Of a stretch of 64,000 nucleotides of DNA, positions 46,703 through 57,376 are shown one piece after another (positions within the stretch are counted from its first letter, which is position 1; the number at the start of each line of letters is the position of its first letter). Origin of the DNA: Candidatus Thorarchaeota archaeon (GTDB lineage Archaea > Asgardarchaeota > Thorarchaeia > Thorarchaeales > Thorarchaeaceae); assembly GCA_029858305.1 (NCBI GenBank), contig JAOUFI010000006.1, positions 1 to 64,000 of the forward strand. Reading direction: 5' to 3'. Below the pieces are notes generated by a model that saw nothing but the letters and a program-made list of their open reading frames with translations, had not been told where the DNA came from and did not search any database. Both the position numbers and the translations under genes were made by a program.

Positions 46703-48010
46703 ATGTCTGAGAAGATTGAGTATATTGAACTTAGATTCACAGATCTGTTAGGAAGAATGAAAGCTATGGTAGTTCCTTGCAAACCTGTGGATGACCTTGA
46801 AGACCTTCAATCTGACCCAACATGGAAGAAGGGAACAAGCTGTGATGGAAGCTCTGTAGTTGGACTGGCAACAGTTGAAGCATCTGATTTACGTCTTGAC
46901 CCTGATGCTTCCACTTTAATAGAGATTCCACTGACATCTCAGCGGACCGCCGCGGCGATGTGCTTTATTAGAGAGAAAGAGGCACACGGAACAAGTACAG
47001 ATTACCACACACTTGACAGTCGTGGAAGGCTTCATCAAGTGTGTGAAGATCTTCTTCCTGGCAATCTACGTTTGATGGTAAAGGTTGAGCCAGAATTTCA
47101 CTTCATCACTCCTGAAGGTGAACACTTCGATAATGCGGGGTATGCAGATACGTATCCGCAGAGCCCAGGAATGGACATTCTCCTCGAGTTGGCTTCAGCA
47201 ATTAGAGAAGTTGGAATGCGACCACGTGTTATTCACCATGAGGCTGGTGAAGCTCAGCAAGAGATAGAGCTTGATTTTGATGATGCAAGGAAAATGGCGG
47301 ACAACATTTTAATTTTTAAGAACCTTACAAGAGCAATCGCACAGAGTCACGGTGTCGATGTTACCTTTATGCCAAAACCATTTGTAAATGAAGCAGGAAG
47401 CGGTCTTCATTGCCATATGCAACTATGGGATGGTAACAAGAACCTCTTTGGTGATGACAAGACGGATGGACTATCTGAAACTGCTCGGAGGTTTATCGCA
47501 GGGTTATTAGAACATGCACCTGCAATAACAGCAATTGCCAATCCCACTGTCAATTCCTACAAGAGATTAGTACCTCATCATGAAGCACCTGTTTATATCA
47601 CATGGGGAGAAAAGAACCGGACTGTACTCGTGAGAATACCTACATTTGGTAAGAGTGAGAAAGCGGCCATTGAGCTCAGATCAGGGGATTCTATGGCAAA
47701 TCCGTACTTGTTCTTTAGTGCAATCATAGCAGCGGGTATGGATGGAATCAATAAAAAACTCGTACCACCAGAGCCTCGTAGTGAAGACATCTTTATGATG
47801 ACAGATGATGATAGATCCGAATACGCAATTAGAACACTACCTACGACCCTTGAAGAAGCCCTTGATAGCTTAGAGGCAGACCCAGTAATTATGAAAGCAT
47901 TGGGATCCGGAATTGCCCATGCGCACATCAAACTCAAACGTGCAGAATGGCGCAAATATGTGAGTCATGTTGTTTCTGATTGGGAATGGGAAATGTACCA
48001 AGACCTCTAG
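46703..48010 (+). CDS. glnA: Glutamine synthetase type I family protein
   Basis: FTDLLG, DGSSV, EPEF, HHE, QQEI, TFMPKP...GSGLHCH, NSYKRLVP, NRT..VRIP, ELRS.D..ANPY. Confidence 0.85.
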   Translation: MSEKIEYIELRFTDLLGRMKAMVVPCKPVDDLEDLQSDPTWKKGTSCDGSSVVGLATVEASDLRLDPDASTLIEIPLTSQRTAAAMCFIREKEAHGTSTDYHTLDSRGRLHQVCEDLLPGNLRLMVKVEPEFHFITPEGEHFDNAGYADTYPQSPGMDILLELASAIREVGMRPRVIHHEAGEAQQEIELDFDDARKMADNILIFKNLTRAIAQSHGVDVTFMPKPFVNEAGSGLHCHMQLWDGNKNLFGDDKTDGLSETARRFIAGLLEHAPAITAIANPTVNSYKRLVPHHEAPVYITWGEKNRTVLVRIPTFGKSEKAAIELRSGDSMANPYLFFSAIIAAGMDGINKKLVPPEPRSEDIFMMTDDDRSEYAIRTLPTTLEEALDSLEADPVIMKALGSGIAHAHIKLKRAEWRKYVSHVVSDWEWEMYQDL

Positions 48011-49161
48011 GTTGTAAAGTAACTATATAATCGGTCGAAAGCTTCATCCACTGCCTCAGGAGTGAGAGGACCAATTGATATTCTGATGTGTCCTTCACCT
48101 GCTTCTCCGAATATGATACCAGGTAAAACCAATGTTCCAGTTGATTGAAGAATGTCGAGAACTAGAGCACTAGAATCAGTGCAATCCCGCACCTTCGGAA
48201 ACATATAGAAAGTTCCAGATGTTCGAATAACTTCAAGTTGATCAATCTCACGAATCCGCACATATGCTAGTTCTCGGAGGAGGTTCAGACGTTCAATCTC
48301 TTGTTCTACTGCATCAAGTCCATTCTTCAGTACTTCAAGAGCGAGTAGTTGTCCAGCTGTCGGAGCACAGATTGTCACAGTATCCTGTACTTTGAGATAC
48401 TGTTCGATAAACTGACTAGGTCCAATGACATATCCTACACGCCACCCACTCATTCCGAAATCCTTGGAGAAGCTTCCTATGGTAATTACATTCTCAGTAG
48501 CATCTCTCCGCAATCGAGGACTATAATGACTACTTCCATCAAAGACCATTCGTGAATATGTTTCATCTGAAAAAAGGACAAGATCATGATTGAGACAAAT
48601 ATCTACGATGCTGTCAATTGTTTTTCGCTCATAAACTGCCCCAGTTGGGTTATTTGGAGATACTAAGAAGATACCACGTGTGTTTGCATCAATTGCTTTT
48701 TCAATATCCTCTGAAACAACTTGGAAATTGGCATTAGTGCGTATCTCTTTCACGTTTCCACCTGTAAGCTTGACAGCCATGACTGAATTGAAATAATATG
48801 GTGTTGGCATTATGACATTTTCATTCGGTCCTATTAATGTCTGAGCGGCTCCTGCAAATGCATTATTGGCACCTGCAGTTATTACAAGCTCAGTCTGAGG
48901 ATTGATATCAATACCTGCAGTCTGTCGAAGATATAGTGATAGTTCCTCTCTCAACTCGAGTAGGCCCTGATCAGTAGTGTACAAATGTGTTGAAGGATGT
49001 GACAAGCGCTCGCGTAGGGATGCCAGAGCCTTGTCCGGAGGAATATGCCCAGGAAGCCCTTGACCCAAGTCTAGAAAGTCAGGTGATGCCACATATCTCT
49101 TTGCAGCCTCGGTTAGTTTTAGGATTGGAGGGTACATGATGTCTTCTGTATGAAATTTCAT
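48007..49161 (-). CDS. PLP-dependent aminotransferase class I/II
   Basis: LGQGLP, GL.ELRE, SPNNPTG, SDETY, SFSKDFGMSGWRVG. Confidence 0.93.
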   Translation of the reverse strand: MKFHTEDIMYPPILKLTEAAKRYVASPDFLDLGQGLPGHIPPDKALASLRERLSHPSTHLYTTDQGLLELREELSLYLRQTAGIDINPQTELVITAGANNAFAGAAQTLIGPNENVIMPTPYYFNSVMAVKLTGGNVKEIRTNANFQVVSEDIEKAIDANTRGIFLVSPNNPTGAVYERKTIDSIVDICLNHDLVLFSDETYSRMVFDGSSHYSPRLRRDATENVITIGSFSKDFGMSGWRVGYVIGPSQFIEQYLKVQDTVTICAPTAGQLLALEVLKNGLDAVEQEIERLNLLRELAYVRIREIDQLEVIRTSGTFYMFPKVRDCTDSSALVLDILQSTGTLVLPGIIFGEAGEGHIRISIGPLTPEAVDEAFDRLYSYFTT

Positions 49162-49315
49162 TGGATGGCTCCTCTCGAATGAACCAAATGCAACAAGGAT
49201 TCTCATTGGTCACATCTTACCGAATTCATTTAACCTTACCCAAATCATTGCTTGTTATTCAAGCACACTTAGCAAGGATTATATCGGGCTATAACTGGCC
49301 TCGGTCAGGAGTACT

Positions 49316-50710
49316 ATGGAAACTGATAAGCGAGGTAGAAAGACCGTCAAGAGAGCCGCAGCTCTTTCTGTCCTTGCTGCACTTATACTTACACTATTGA
49401 AAACAGTGATCGGAGTCCTAACTAATTCTATTGGTATCATCTCGGAAGCTCTCCATAGTGGTCTGGATCTATTAGCAGCGGCAATCACATTTGCAGCTGT
49501 GAGATCAGCATCAAAGGAACCAGATATAGAGCACCAATACGGACACGGCAAAATAGAGAATTTCTCAGCACTTGTTGAAACAATTCTCCTTTGGATAACA
49601 TCTGCTTGGATCATATACGAAGCACTACGAAGGATTTTGGGAGAGGAGTTCATAGAGCCTACAATCTGGGGAATAGCTGTTATGCTCACGAGCATCTTCA
49701 TAGATTACGAGAGAAGTCGCATGCTCTATCGTACAGCGCATAAATATAACAGTCAAGCACTCGAAGCAGATGCACTTCATTTCAGCACGGATATGCTCAG
49801 CTCAGTAGTTGTTCTCCTAGGTCTGACCCTCGTATCACTAGGTTTTCCTATCGGAGACCCTCTCGGGGCTTTAGGAGTTTCGATTGTAATCCTATTTGTT
49901 TCCTATAATCTAGCGAAAAGATCCTTCAACTTCTTGGTAGACCGCGCTCCTGAAGGGGTGAAGGAAAAAGTAATCCAGACTTGCTCGAGCATTCCAGGGA
50001 TTTTAAGTTGCTCAAGAGTTCGCGTTCGAACATCAGGACCAGATTTGTTTGTAGATGTTATTGTGAATGTAGATGAAACCGTAACCACGGGTGAAGCACA
50101 TAGCATCACTGAATCTATCGAGTCAGCGTTGGCAGGCCTAGCACCAAGAGTGGATGTTGTTGTACATGTTGAGCCTGCCAAGATGGAGCCTGATGAATAT
50201 ATCAAAATGAGTCTATACGAACAACTCCAGGTTCTAGCCAGAAGAGAGCCCAAGATTCGCAGTGTTCATAATGTTCGGATTTTCACTTTTAAAAAGCAGA
50301 TTGAAGTTGCTGCAGATATTGAGATGTCAGTAGATTTGACTCTAAAACAAGCTCATAGAATATCCGATCAATTCGAGAATGAGATTAAAAAATTCGATCC
50401 AAGAATTAACACAGTCCTATTGCATCTCGAAACAACTGCAATAGAAAGTGAAGCTGTCGATATCACAAACGAATCAGAAGCCTTTGTAAATCAGATTTGC
50501 AAACTTGTAGAGAAGACTATCCCGAATATCAGCTGCTCCAATGTGACTGTGAGGGAAGAAGAAACAGGAGTGTCCCTTTTAATCCAATGTAGTACCGACG
50601 GAGCAATATCTCTAACTGAGAGCCACGAAATTTCAGATGCAATTGAGAAAACCATAATGGAATCGATTTCCAAGGTCACTCATGTCTTTGTCCATGTTGA
50701 ACCGCTATGA
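49316..50710 (+). CDS. Cation diffusion facilitator (FieF-like) with three C-terminal ZT_dimer domains
   Basis: SEALHSGLD, HQYGHGKIE, ADALHFSTD; three xH......E...HVEP/HLET repeats. Confidence 0.92.
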   Translation: METDKRGRKTVKRAAALSVLAALILTLLKTVIGVLTNSIGIISEALHSGLDLLAAAITFAAVRSASKEPDIEHQYGHGKIENFSALVETILLWITSAWIIYEALRRILGEEFIEPTIWGIAVMLTSIFIDYERSRMLYRTAHKYNSQALEADALHFSTDMLSSVVVLLGLTLVSLGFPIGDPLGALGVSIVILFVSYNLAKRSFNFLVDRAPEGVKEKVIQTCSSIPGILSCSRVRVRTSGPDLFVDVIVNVDETVTTGEAHSITESIESALAGLAPRVDVVVHVEPAKMEPDEYIKMSLYEQLQVLARREPKIRSVHNVRIFTFKKQIEVAADIEMSVDLTLKQAHRISDQFENEIKKFDPRINTVLLHLETTAIESEAVDITNESEAFVNQICKLVEKTIPNISCSNVTVREEETGVSLLIQCSTDGAISLTESHEISDAIEKTIMESISKVTHVFVHVEPL

Positions 50711-50757
50711 CCCAAGCTTAATAACAATCTTTCAACACAGTTCCTTTGAGGTTCTTG

Positions 50758-51540
50758 ATGTTGGAGAATAACTGTGATGCAAAGGTATTAGGAGCACCAG
50801 AGGCGCACGTCGTTCAAACTCATGAGATGACACTCAAAACACCATTAATGGTTTGCTGCTTTCCTTCTGCAGGAGTAGTCGGTCCAATAGCAGCACATGC
50901 CATCATCGATCAGTTCAAAATGGACGAGATAGCGCATCTCAGATCTCGGTATATGCCATCTGCTGCTGTATTCTTGGAGGGACGACTCAGACATCCGTTC
51001 AGAATCTATGGCCATGAAGAACTCAATCTCATTCTTGTCACTGCTGAACTTCCAGTCGCTGATGAAGGATTATATGCTGTCAGTTCAGCCTTGCTCGATT
51101 GGGGTGCGAGTATGGGTGTTAGAGAAATAGTGATTCTTGATGGAATACCAGTACAGGGAATGCCATCAGACCGAAAGGTACTCTTTGCAGCGGAGGAGGA
51201 AAAAATCTCCGAACTTTCAAAAGATGAACACATGGAAATTTTAGATAAGGGTATTATAACAGGGATTGCGGGTTCGATTCTCTCTGAAACACTCTGCAGA
51301 TCCATGATTGGCTTTGCACTACTTACACCGGCAATAGCAGTAATTCCAGACCCTGGAGGCGCGCTACAACTCCTTGAAGCCCTTAATAGACTCTACAATC
51401 TAAAAATCGATCTTACCGAGCTTAAGGAAGGGAGTGAAGTAATCCGACGAAAAATGGAAGAGATGGCTCAACAAGTGGATGGGATGCAGCGTCAACAACA
51501 GATTACTGGACGAAGTGGCTACGAACGAATGTATGCCTAG
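50758..51540 (+). CDS. PAC2-family proteasome assembly chaperone (PbaA/PbaB-like)
   Basis: FPSAGVVG.IA, PFRIY, G.ITGIAG.IL, PDP..A; C-terminal MYA (HbYX). Confidence 0.88.
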   Translation: MLENNCDAKVLGAPEAHVVQTHEMTLKTPLMVCCFPSAGVVGPIAAHAIIDQFKMDEIAHLRSRYMPSAAVFLEGRLRHPFRIYGHEELNLILVTAELPVADEGLYAVSSALLDWGASMGVREIVILDGIPVQGMPSDRKVLFAAEEEKISELSKDEHMEILDKGIITGIAGSILSETLCRSMIGFALLTPAIAVIPDPGGALQLLEALNRLYNLKIDLTELKEGSEVIRRKMEEMAQQVDGMQRQQQITGRSGYERMYA

Positions 51541-51603
51541 TGTCGAAGAAAGAGGCTCAATGTGTATTAAAAGAAGGTCATGTTCTCCGCACTATTTGTC
51601 AAA

Positions 51604-52161
51604 TCAGTCAATACAAGTGTCGTACGCTTCCCTTGCGCCCTCAGCGTTACGATCGCCAACTTTTCCTTTCCACTTCTCGCGTATTACTTGTTGAATTGTT
51701 TCCAGCTTAACCAAGCCTGTAGCCTTCGCAAAAGCGCCAAGCATGGTCGTATTGATAACAGGTAATCCTCCTACAAGAAGCCCATTCTTCAACGCAATAC
51801 CTGTACCATCATAGGTATAGATATGGCCTTTATTCACTATAATTTCAGCAGCGCGTTTAGGTGTATTGATGATTACCTTACCATCGTCCTTTAGACCCTC
51901 AGTCACATCAATCAAATCGAGAATTGTAGAGTCAAGAACTGCAACAACATCTGGAGTGTAAACCTGACTTCGAACATTTATCTCCTCATTGGCGATCCGT
52001 GTGAACGCCTTTACAGGAGCACCACGACGCTCAGCCCCAAAATAGGGGAATGCTTGTACTCCCTTGTATCCATCAATATATGCTGCCTTTGCGAGCAACT
52101 CAGCGGAAGTAACGCCTCCTTGTCCGCCTCTGCCATGCCAACGAACTTCAATCATTTTCAT
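51604..52161 (-). CDS. 2-oxoacid:ferredoxin oxidoreductase gamma subunit
   Basis: IEVRWHGRGGQG, QAFPYFGAERRGAPV, NTTMLGA. Confidence 0.93.
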   Translation of the reverse strand: MKMIEVRWHGRGGQGGVTSAELLAKAAYIDGYKGVQAFPYFGAERRGAPVKAFTRIANEEINVRSQVYTPDVVAVLDSTILDLIDVTEGLKDDGKVIINTPKRAAEIIVNKGHIYTYDGTGIALKNGLLVGGLPVINTTMLGAFAKATGLVKLETIQQVIREKWKGKVGDRNAEGAREAYDTCID

Positions 52162-52353
52162 CCAAAATGACTCCTAAGTTGACCTGTTGGTCAAGCCCTG
52201 CGCGGTATCGGTGAAACATAACCTTTACGTTAGTAGTACTTCCTGAATTTATGATACGATTTTTGCAGGGATATCGGTAGTCACGGATCATACTGACTCC
52301 GTACGATATATATTTTCAAAAACGACAACAAAGCTCAGGTCGGGAAAAGAGGA

Positions 52354-53163
52354 ATGGACAGACATATCAAGGCAAATCGAGACCTATGGGACGAATGGAC
52401 CCTCATGCATGAGGACTCAAAAGAATATGATGTGGAAGGATTCATCAAAGGAAAACAAACGCTTGATCCAATCGAGGTTAGTGAACTTGGCTCTGTCAAA
52501 GGAAAAAGTCTCTTACATCTTCAGTGCCATTTTGGACTAGATACAATGTCGTGGGCGAGATTGGGTGCAGACGTGACAGGTGTTGACTTTTCCGAGAAAG
52601 CAATTGATTTTGCCCGGAGATTGAGCAATAGAACTGGAATAAAAGCAGAGTTCATTCATGCAAACATCTACGATCTTCCTAACATGTTGGACAAGAGATT
52701 CGATATTGTCTTCACATCCGAAGGTGTTCTTGTATGGCTACCAGATATTGTAGAATGGGCGAAAATCATATCGAGATTTCTAAAAAGAGGAGGGAAGTTC
52801 TACATCCGAGAGGGACATCCGTTTTCAAAAATCTTTGATGATGAAATAAAGACTTGCGAATTCAAGATACGATACCCATATTTCACTCCAAAACATCCGT
52901 TCCATTTCAGAGGTGCAGAAACCTATACTGAGTCCACTCGAAAGATTGAACCTATGGATTGGTATGAATGGAATCACAGCGTATCTGAGATAATCAATAG
53001 TCTCATCAAAGCTGGCTTGAGAATCGATTTCTTCAACGAATATACTTACATCTCAAGTAAGGTATTTCCGTTCTTGATTCGGAGAGAGGATGGTAACTGG
53101 ACACTTCCCAGAGATATGGGAGAGATGCCATTACAATTTACATTACTCGCAACAAAGGTCTAG
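52354..53163 (+). CDS. Class I SAM-dependent methyltransferase
   Basis: LLHLQCHFGLDT, VTGVDFS, FDIVFTS.G.L.WLPD. Confidence 0.92.
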   Translation: MDRHIKANRDLWDEWTLMHEDSKEYDVEGFIKGKQTLDPIEVSELGSVKGKSLLHLQCHFGLDTMSWARLGADVTGVDFSEKAIDFARRLSNRTGIKAEFIHANIYDLPNMLDKRFDIVFTSEGVLVWLPDIVEWAKIISRFLKRGGKFYIREGHPFSKIFDDEIKTCEFKIRYPYFTPKHPFHFRGAETYTESTRKIEPMDWYEWNHSVSEIINSLIKAGLRIDFFNEYTYISSKVFPFLIRREDGNWTLPRDMGEMPLQFTLLATKV

Positions 53164-54533
53164 ATTACAGCATCTTCCATCAGAGCATGAACTGCACCAT
53201 CTGCGGATTGAGCAGCCTGTTGAAGGCCAACTCCGGAACCTGATGTGTCAGTCCCCACAATGTATAATCCTTTGATAGGAGTTCGGGGTCCAGGTCTGTC
53301 AAGATCCGTCTGACCTGGGATTAGTTTTGCTCTTGTAGCATATGACACCTGAGCATGCTCCATCTCAATATGGTCCAAGATTCTAGGATAATATTTCGCC
53401 AGACCATTTCCTTTCATCATTGAAATATGTTCATCTACTGATTTCCCAGGTTCAGCAATCATGGCGATAGCAACTAATTCTTTGCCTTTAGGAGCACAGC
53501 TTGGGTCGAAGCTTGAGATGGAAACAATCCACCGATTTGGATTGGGGTGAACAAGAACCCTATTTTTCCGATCTCCAATTACCGTCTTATTGAGACCTAA
53601 CCAGAGTGTAACTCCCCTTGTGGGTTCAATAGTACTCCATCTTTCAAAGAACTCTTGTGTAGTGCCTAATGTTGATTGAACAATCTTATCCATAGACCAG
53701 AGAGGAATATTGCTTACAATGGTGGAGTGTTCAATATGTGTTCCAGCTACTGTTAGACCAATAATGCCACCATCTTGCTCATGAATCTGCTCTACAGGAG
53801 CATTAAGCACATAGTCGCCATCAATCGTCTCAATAACTCGTTTGATAAGACCCTCCATCCCGCCAATGACATATCCCTCATCATACTCACTCGAACCAAA
53901 AATCAATCTCTTCGCAGAGGCTAATTTTGATGATTCCCTATCGGTATCCTTCAAAGTCCTTAATGCTTCATATGCCGATGCTTCTGAAATAGGTACACCT
54001 GCAGCCATATAGATGGCACTCTGCATGACATCGAGCATGACCTGGTTTGTCGCCCCTCTAGACTCCATGAACTCTAGAAAAGAGATGTCCTTGTACTTCT
54101 TCATCTCATCGAGTTTCATTGTCTTAATCTTTGCACCAATTCTGACAAGTCCTAATCGACCTCTCCAACCAGTAAGCGGCCAACGTAGAGTTTCTCCAAT
54201 GCTAGAAGGAATTGGTCCAGTCTTATCATAGACACGGAACTCCCATCCATCATGGATAACAAACTCAGGAGGAGGAGAGAGGTAGTTCTTTAGGAACCTC
54301 ACGAAGGCCCCTCGTGTGACTCGCGTTATCACATGAAGACCTTGATCAACCCGAAATCCATCGACCCAATAGCCATGCCAAACACCGCCCAGACGATTTT
54401 CTTTCTCGATAACTAGGACTTTCTTGCCATTAGCAGTCAATGCAAGTGCTGTGAGAAGACCGCCAGCTCCTCCGCCAGTGATAATGACATCATAATGAGA
54501 TGGATCCACTTGGTCGAGGGTTATCTGTTTCAT
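53160..54533 (-). CDS. FAD-dependent oxidoreductase, phytoene desaturase-like family
   Basis: DVIITGGGAGGL..A, EK...LGG, VDQGLH, TPIKGLYIVG.D; start moved to ATG 54533. Confidence 0.85.
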   Translation of the reverse strand: MKQITLDQVDPSHYDVIITGGGAGGLLTALALTANGKKVLVIEKENRLGGVWHGYWVDGFRVDQGLHVITRVTRGAFVRFLKNYLSPPPEFVIHDGWEFRVYDKTGPIPSSIGETLRWPLTGWRGRLGLVRIGAKIKTMKLDEMKKYKDISFLEFMESRGATNQVMLDVMQSAIYMAAGVPISEASAYEALRTLKDTDRESSKLASAKRLIFGSSEYDEGYVIGGMEGLIKRVIETIDGDYVLNAPVEQIHEQDGGIIGLTVAGTHIEHSTIVSNIPLWSMDKIVQSTLGTTQEFFERWSTIEPTRGVTLWLGLNKTVIGDRKNRVLVHPNPNRWIVSISSFDPSCAPKGKELVAIAMIAEPGKSVDEHISMMKGNGLAKYYPRILDHIEMEHAQVSYATRAKLIPGQTDLDRPGPRTPIKGLYIVGTDTSGSGVGLQQAAQSADGAVHALMEDAVI

Positions 54534-54708
54534 CGATTGACTCTCGTAAGAAAAGTTACTTGGTCTACTTAAGCATGTCCACATTACGGAACTATTGATG
54601 AGTGTTAATCTCAAGATCGATAGTTTTACGACTGGATGATACGTTCTAGGACGCTCATTAGGACAACTGTTATGAGGAAACAGGGATTCAGCATATTCAA
54701 AGAAATGA

Positions 54709-56544
54709 TTGGTGTTAGATAAAGGAGAAACAGCAACCTTGACCTCTGAAGATGAACTCCTCAAAGAAGCAAGAAAGATACTCGAAGAGGGCAATAAGGA
54801 AGAGGGAGTGAAAAAACTTCTGAAAGTTGCTGAGAAATTAGAAGGAAAAACAGAGTACGACCAAGCTGCAAAGCTCTACGAGGAGGCTGCTCTGATATAC
54901 AGAGATTTGTATCATGCAGATGAATGCTTCAAAATGTTCGATAAAGCCACTATTATGATGATTAGAATGCCCCAAAGCCCAGAGGTCTATAAAGAGATAG
55001 TACGACTAAACATGACTGCAGCCAAGATTGCAGAGGTGGCAACTGAGCACAAGAAAGCTGCGGATTTCTATTTTAGGGCAAAAGATTTCGCAATGACTGA
55101 TGAAGAGAAAAACAACCTCAATATACGCGCAGCTGATGCCTTAGAGAATATTGCAGATATAATGGAGGAGAAGGAGAACTTCTCTGAAACGGTAAGCCTC
55201 TTGCGGAAGGTAGGCAGGCTCTATTATACCGCGGGTGATGATGAGCTCGGAGCAAGAATTAACGATAGAGCAGTTAGAGTAGCTCAAAGATGGGCAAATA
55301 TCTCTAAGAGCAAGGGTGATTATGTATCAGCTGGGAATGCACTCGCAGAAGCAGCGCAAATCATGCAAACAATCGGTGAATCTCCCGAAGCTACACGCAC
55401 CATGATGGAGGCAGGAGACTTCTACGAAGCAGCCCAGCTCTTTGAAAAAGCTGGAAACATCTATGATGCTGCGCAAGAAGCCTATAAACTTCAGCGGCTT
55501 ACCTCTGCAAGAAATCAAGCACTAGCAAAAGCTGCGGAAGCCTATCTAAAGATGGAAGGAAAGCCAGAGGCTGTAGCACCGCTCCTAGTTAAGGGAGGCA
55601 ATATGTTCAACGAGATAGGGCGTGTTATGAAAGCCAAATGGGCATTCAAACGAGCGAGTGAGATGTTTGATGAATTAGCGAAGAAGGCATCAAACGAGAG
55701 AGACACTGAGTCAGAGAAAAAGTACCTTAGATATCAAGCAATGTGTTTGAAAATGTGGGGATATGAAGACCAAGCTAAGGAAATCTATACAAATGTGACC
55801 GAATTTTATCTCGGACAAGCTCAGGATCAGAGTAAGGCAGGTGACAAGGAGCTTCAAGCTGTCGCACTAGAGGAGGCTGCAGAAGTATTTCTAGAGTCAG
55901 GACAGACTGACGAGAGCAACATGTACATCGAGCAAGCAATTAACCTATACGTAGAACTTGCAGAGGAAAAATCGTCTCCTGAGGATTCTGAGGCTGCATC
56001 AAAGCTCTACAGCAAAGCTGCAGATTGCGCAATACGACTCAGCGACAGTGAGAGAAATGAAACTTATCATGGGATGGCTAGTGAGAAAGCAGAACAAGCT
56101 GCTGAATTCTACAACCAGCTTGGAGTGCCAGAATTATCTACAATCTGGATTCGGACTGCAGGAACAGAAGCGCTCCAAACTAATTCCAAAGAAATGCTTG
56201 AGAAAGCAATCAATCTACTTGAAAAATCCGCAGAGGGATTCAAAGCAGCTAATGCACTAAAAGAATCATTCGAAGACCTATTTCTGGTGTTTGAAACACG
56301 ATTCATGCATTATCCTGAAAAACGACGACCAATTAAACAAACAATATCCTCAATGGATGAGATTGCTAAAATATTGCTAGATGATATCATTAATGCATTG
56401 ATGTCTCTGATTCGTGCATTAAATGAAGGGAATCATATTGGCGCTCTTCTCATTCTGCAGGAAAATGAAGAAGATCTATTAGAAAAGGCAGATAGAATCC
56501 GGAAGATGATAGCTCAATCTAAAGTCGTGCGTGCCGCGAAATAG
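54709..56544 (+). CDS. Long alpha-SNAP-like/TPR helical repeat protein
   Basis: Many .AA..Y..AA..Y/F repeats over ~600 aa. Confidence 0.8.
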   Translation: MVLDKGETATLTSEDELLKEARKILEEGNKEEGVKKLLKVAEKLEGKTEYDQAAKLYEEAALIYRDLYHADECFKMFDKATIMMIRMPQSPEVYKEIVRLNMTAAKIAEVATEHKKAADFYFRAKDFAMTDEEKNNLNIRAADALENIADIMEEKENFSETVSLLRKVGRLYYTAGDDELGARINDRAVRVAQRWANISKSKGDYVSAGNALAEAAQIMQTIGESPEATRTMMEAGDFYEAAQLFEKAGNIYDAAQEAYKLQRLTSARNQALAKAAEAYLKMEGKPEAVAPLLVKGGNMFNEIGRVMKAKWAFKRASEMFDELAKKASNERDTESEKKYLRYQAMCLKMWGYEDQAKEIYTNVTEFYLGQAQDQSKAGDKELQAVALEEAAEVFLESGQTDESNMYIEQAINLYVELAEEKSSPEDSEAASKLYSKAADCAIRLSDSERNETYHGMASEKAEQAAEFYNQLGVPELSTIWIRTAGTEALQTNSKEMLEKAINLLEKSAEGFKAANALKESFEDLFLVFETRFMHYPEKRRPIKQTISSMDEIAKILLDDIINALMSLIRALNEGNHIGALLILQENEEDLLEKADRIRKMIAQSKVVRAAK

Positions 56545-56599
56545 AATTTCTCAAATCAGGAAGATAGAAGAGAGTCAATCTAGATTCTTAGAAGTGTAG

Positions 56600-57028
56600 G
56601 TGGATATTTTGAGTACATATCATGAGAGCCTAAGATTTTATACTAAAGGTGACTGTGACATGGTGGACATTACCTCAAGAGTAGAAGCAGTCCTTCAAAA
56701 AAGTGCCCTCACTACTGGAGTGTGCACGATTTTCTGCACAGGTTCTACAGGTTCGGTCACAACCATAGAATATGAAGATGGTCTACTCAAGGACTTTCCT
56801 GAAGCAATGGAGAGAATTGCTCCGAAAGGGGCAGAATACAAACATGATCTTAGATGGAGAGACGGTAATGGTCATTCTCATGTGAGAGCATCGATTGTAG
56901 GGCCTAGTCTTACAATTCCATTTGTGAATAGACAACTAGCAATCGGCACTTGGCAACAAGTAGTTTTCATCGATTATGATAATAGACCTCGCGACAGAAG
57001 TCTGGAGATTGTGATAATCGGAGAGTGA
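56600..57028 (+). CDS. YjbQ/UPF0047 family protein
   Basis: DIT, GST....IEYE.GL..D, DGNGHSH, GTWQ. Confidence 0.92.
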   Translation: MDILSTYHESLRFYTKGDCDMVDITSRVEAVLQKSALTTGVCTIFCTGSTGSVTTIEYEDGLLKDFPEAMERIAPKGAEYKHDLRWRDGNGHSHVRASIVGPSLTIPFVNRQLAIGTWQQVVFIDYDNRPRDRSLEIVIIGE

Positions 57029-57307
57029 CTAAGGAATCTCAACATCAGGCATTAAATCCCACGATAACTCACGCAAACTGTGGCTAACTGGTGTCGAGTC
57101 ACGTATCTTAAGTGCAAGGTAATGAATCCTCATGGCTCTTCGTAAACGATGAAGCTGAAAGGGTGCATTCCAAGTTGCTGAAGGAGTTCTGTATCCATGT
57201 GTATCCATGAGGTCTCGGATTGTATCCAATTCCTTCTTGACTTGGAGCTTGATGTCATCGAGGTCTCGTTGAATAGTTAGTGAAGGTCTATCAGTCATAG
57301 TTGACAT
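57029..57307 (-). CDS. Small hypothetical protein
   Basis: Helical ORF filling the gap; start uncertain (57298-57331). Confidence 0.55.
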   Translation of the reverse strand: MSTMTDRPSLTIQRDLDDIKLQVKKELDTIRDLMDTHGYRTPSATWNAPFQLHRLRRAMRIHYLALKIRDSTPVSHSLRELSWDLMPDVEIP

Positions 57308-57376
57308 CTCTCCACTCTTTTCACAGGGCAAGTACCCATTTTATATGATGTAAGACTTAGGTATTACCTACTTTCA

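Noticed and set aside
53160-54533. FAD oxidoreductase as a Rab-GDI/REP homologue
   Set aside because: The fold is shared, but the intact GxGxxG and C-terminal GLYIVG.D motifs fit an ordinary phytoene-desaturase-like enzyme
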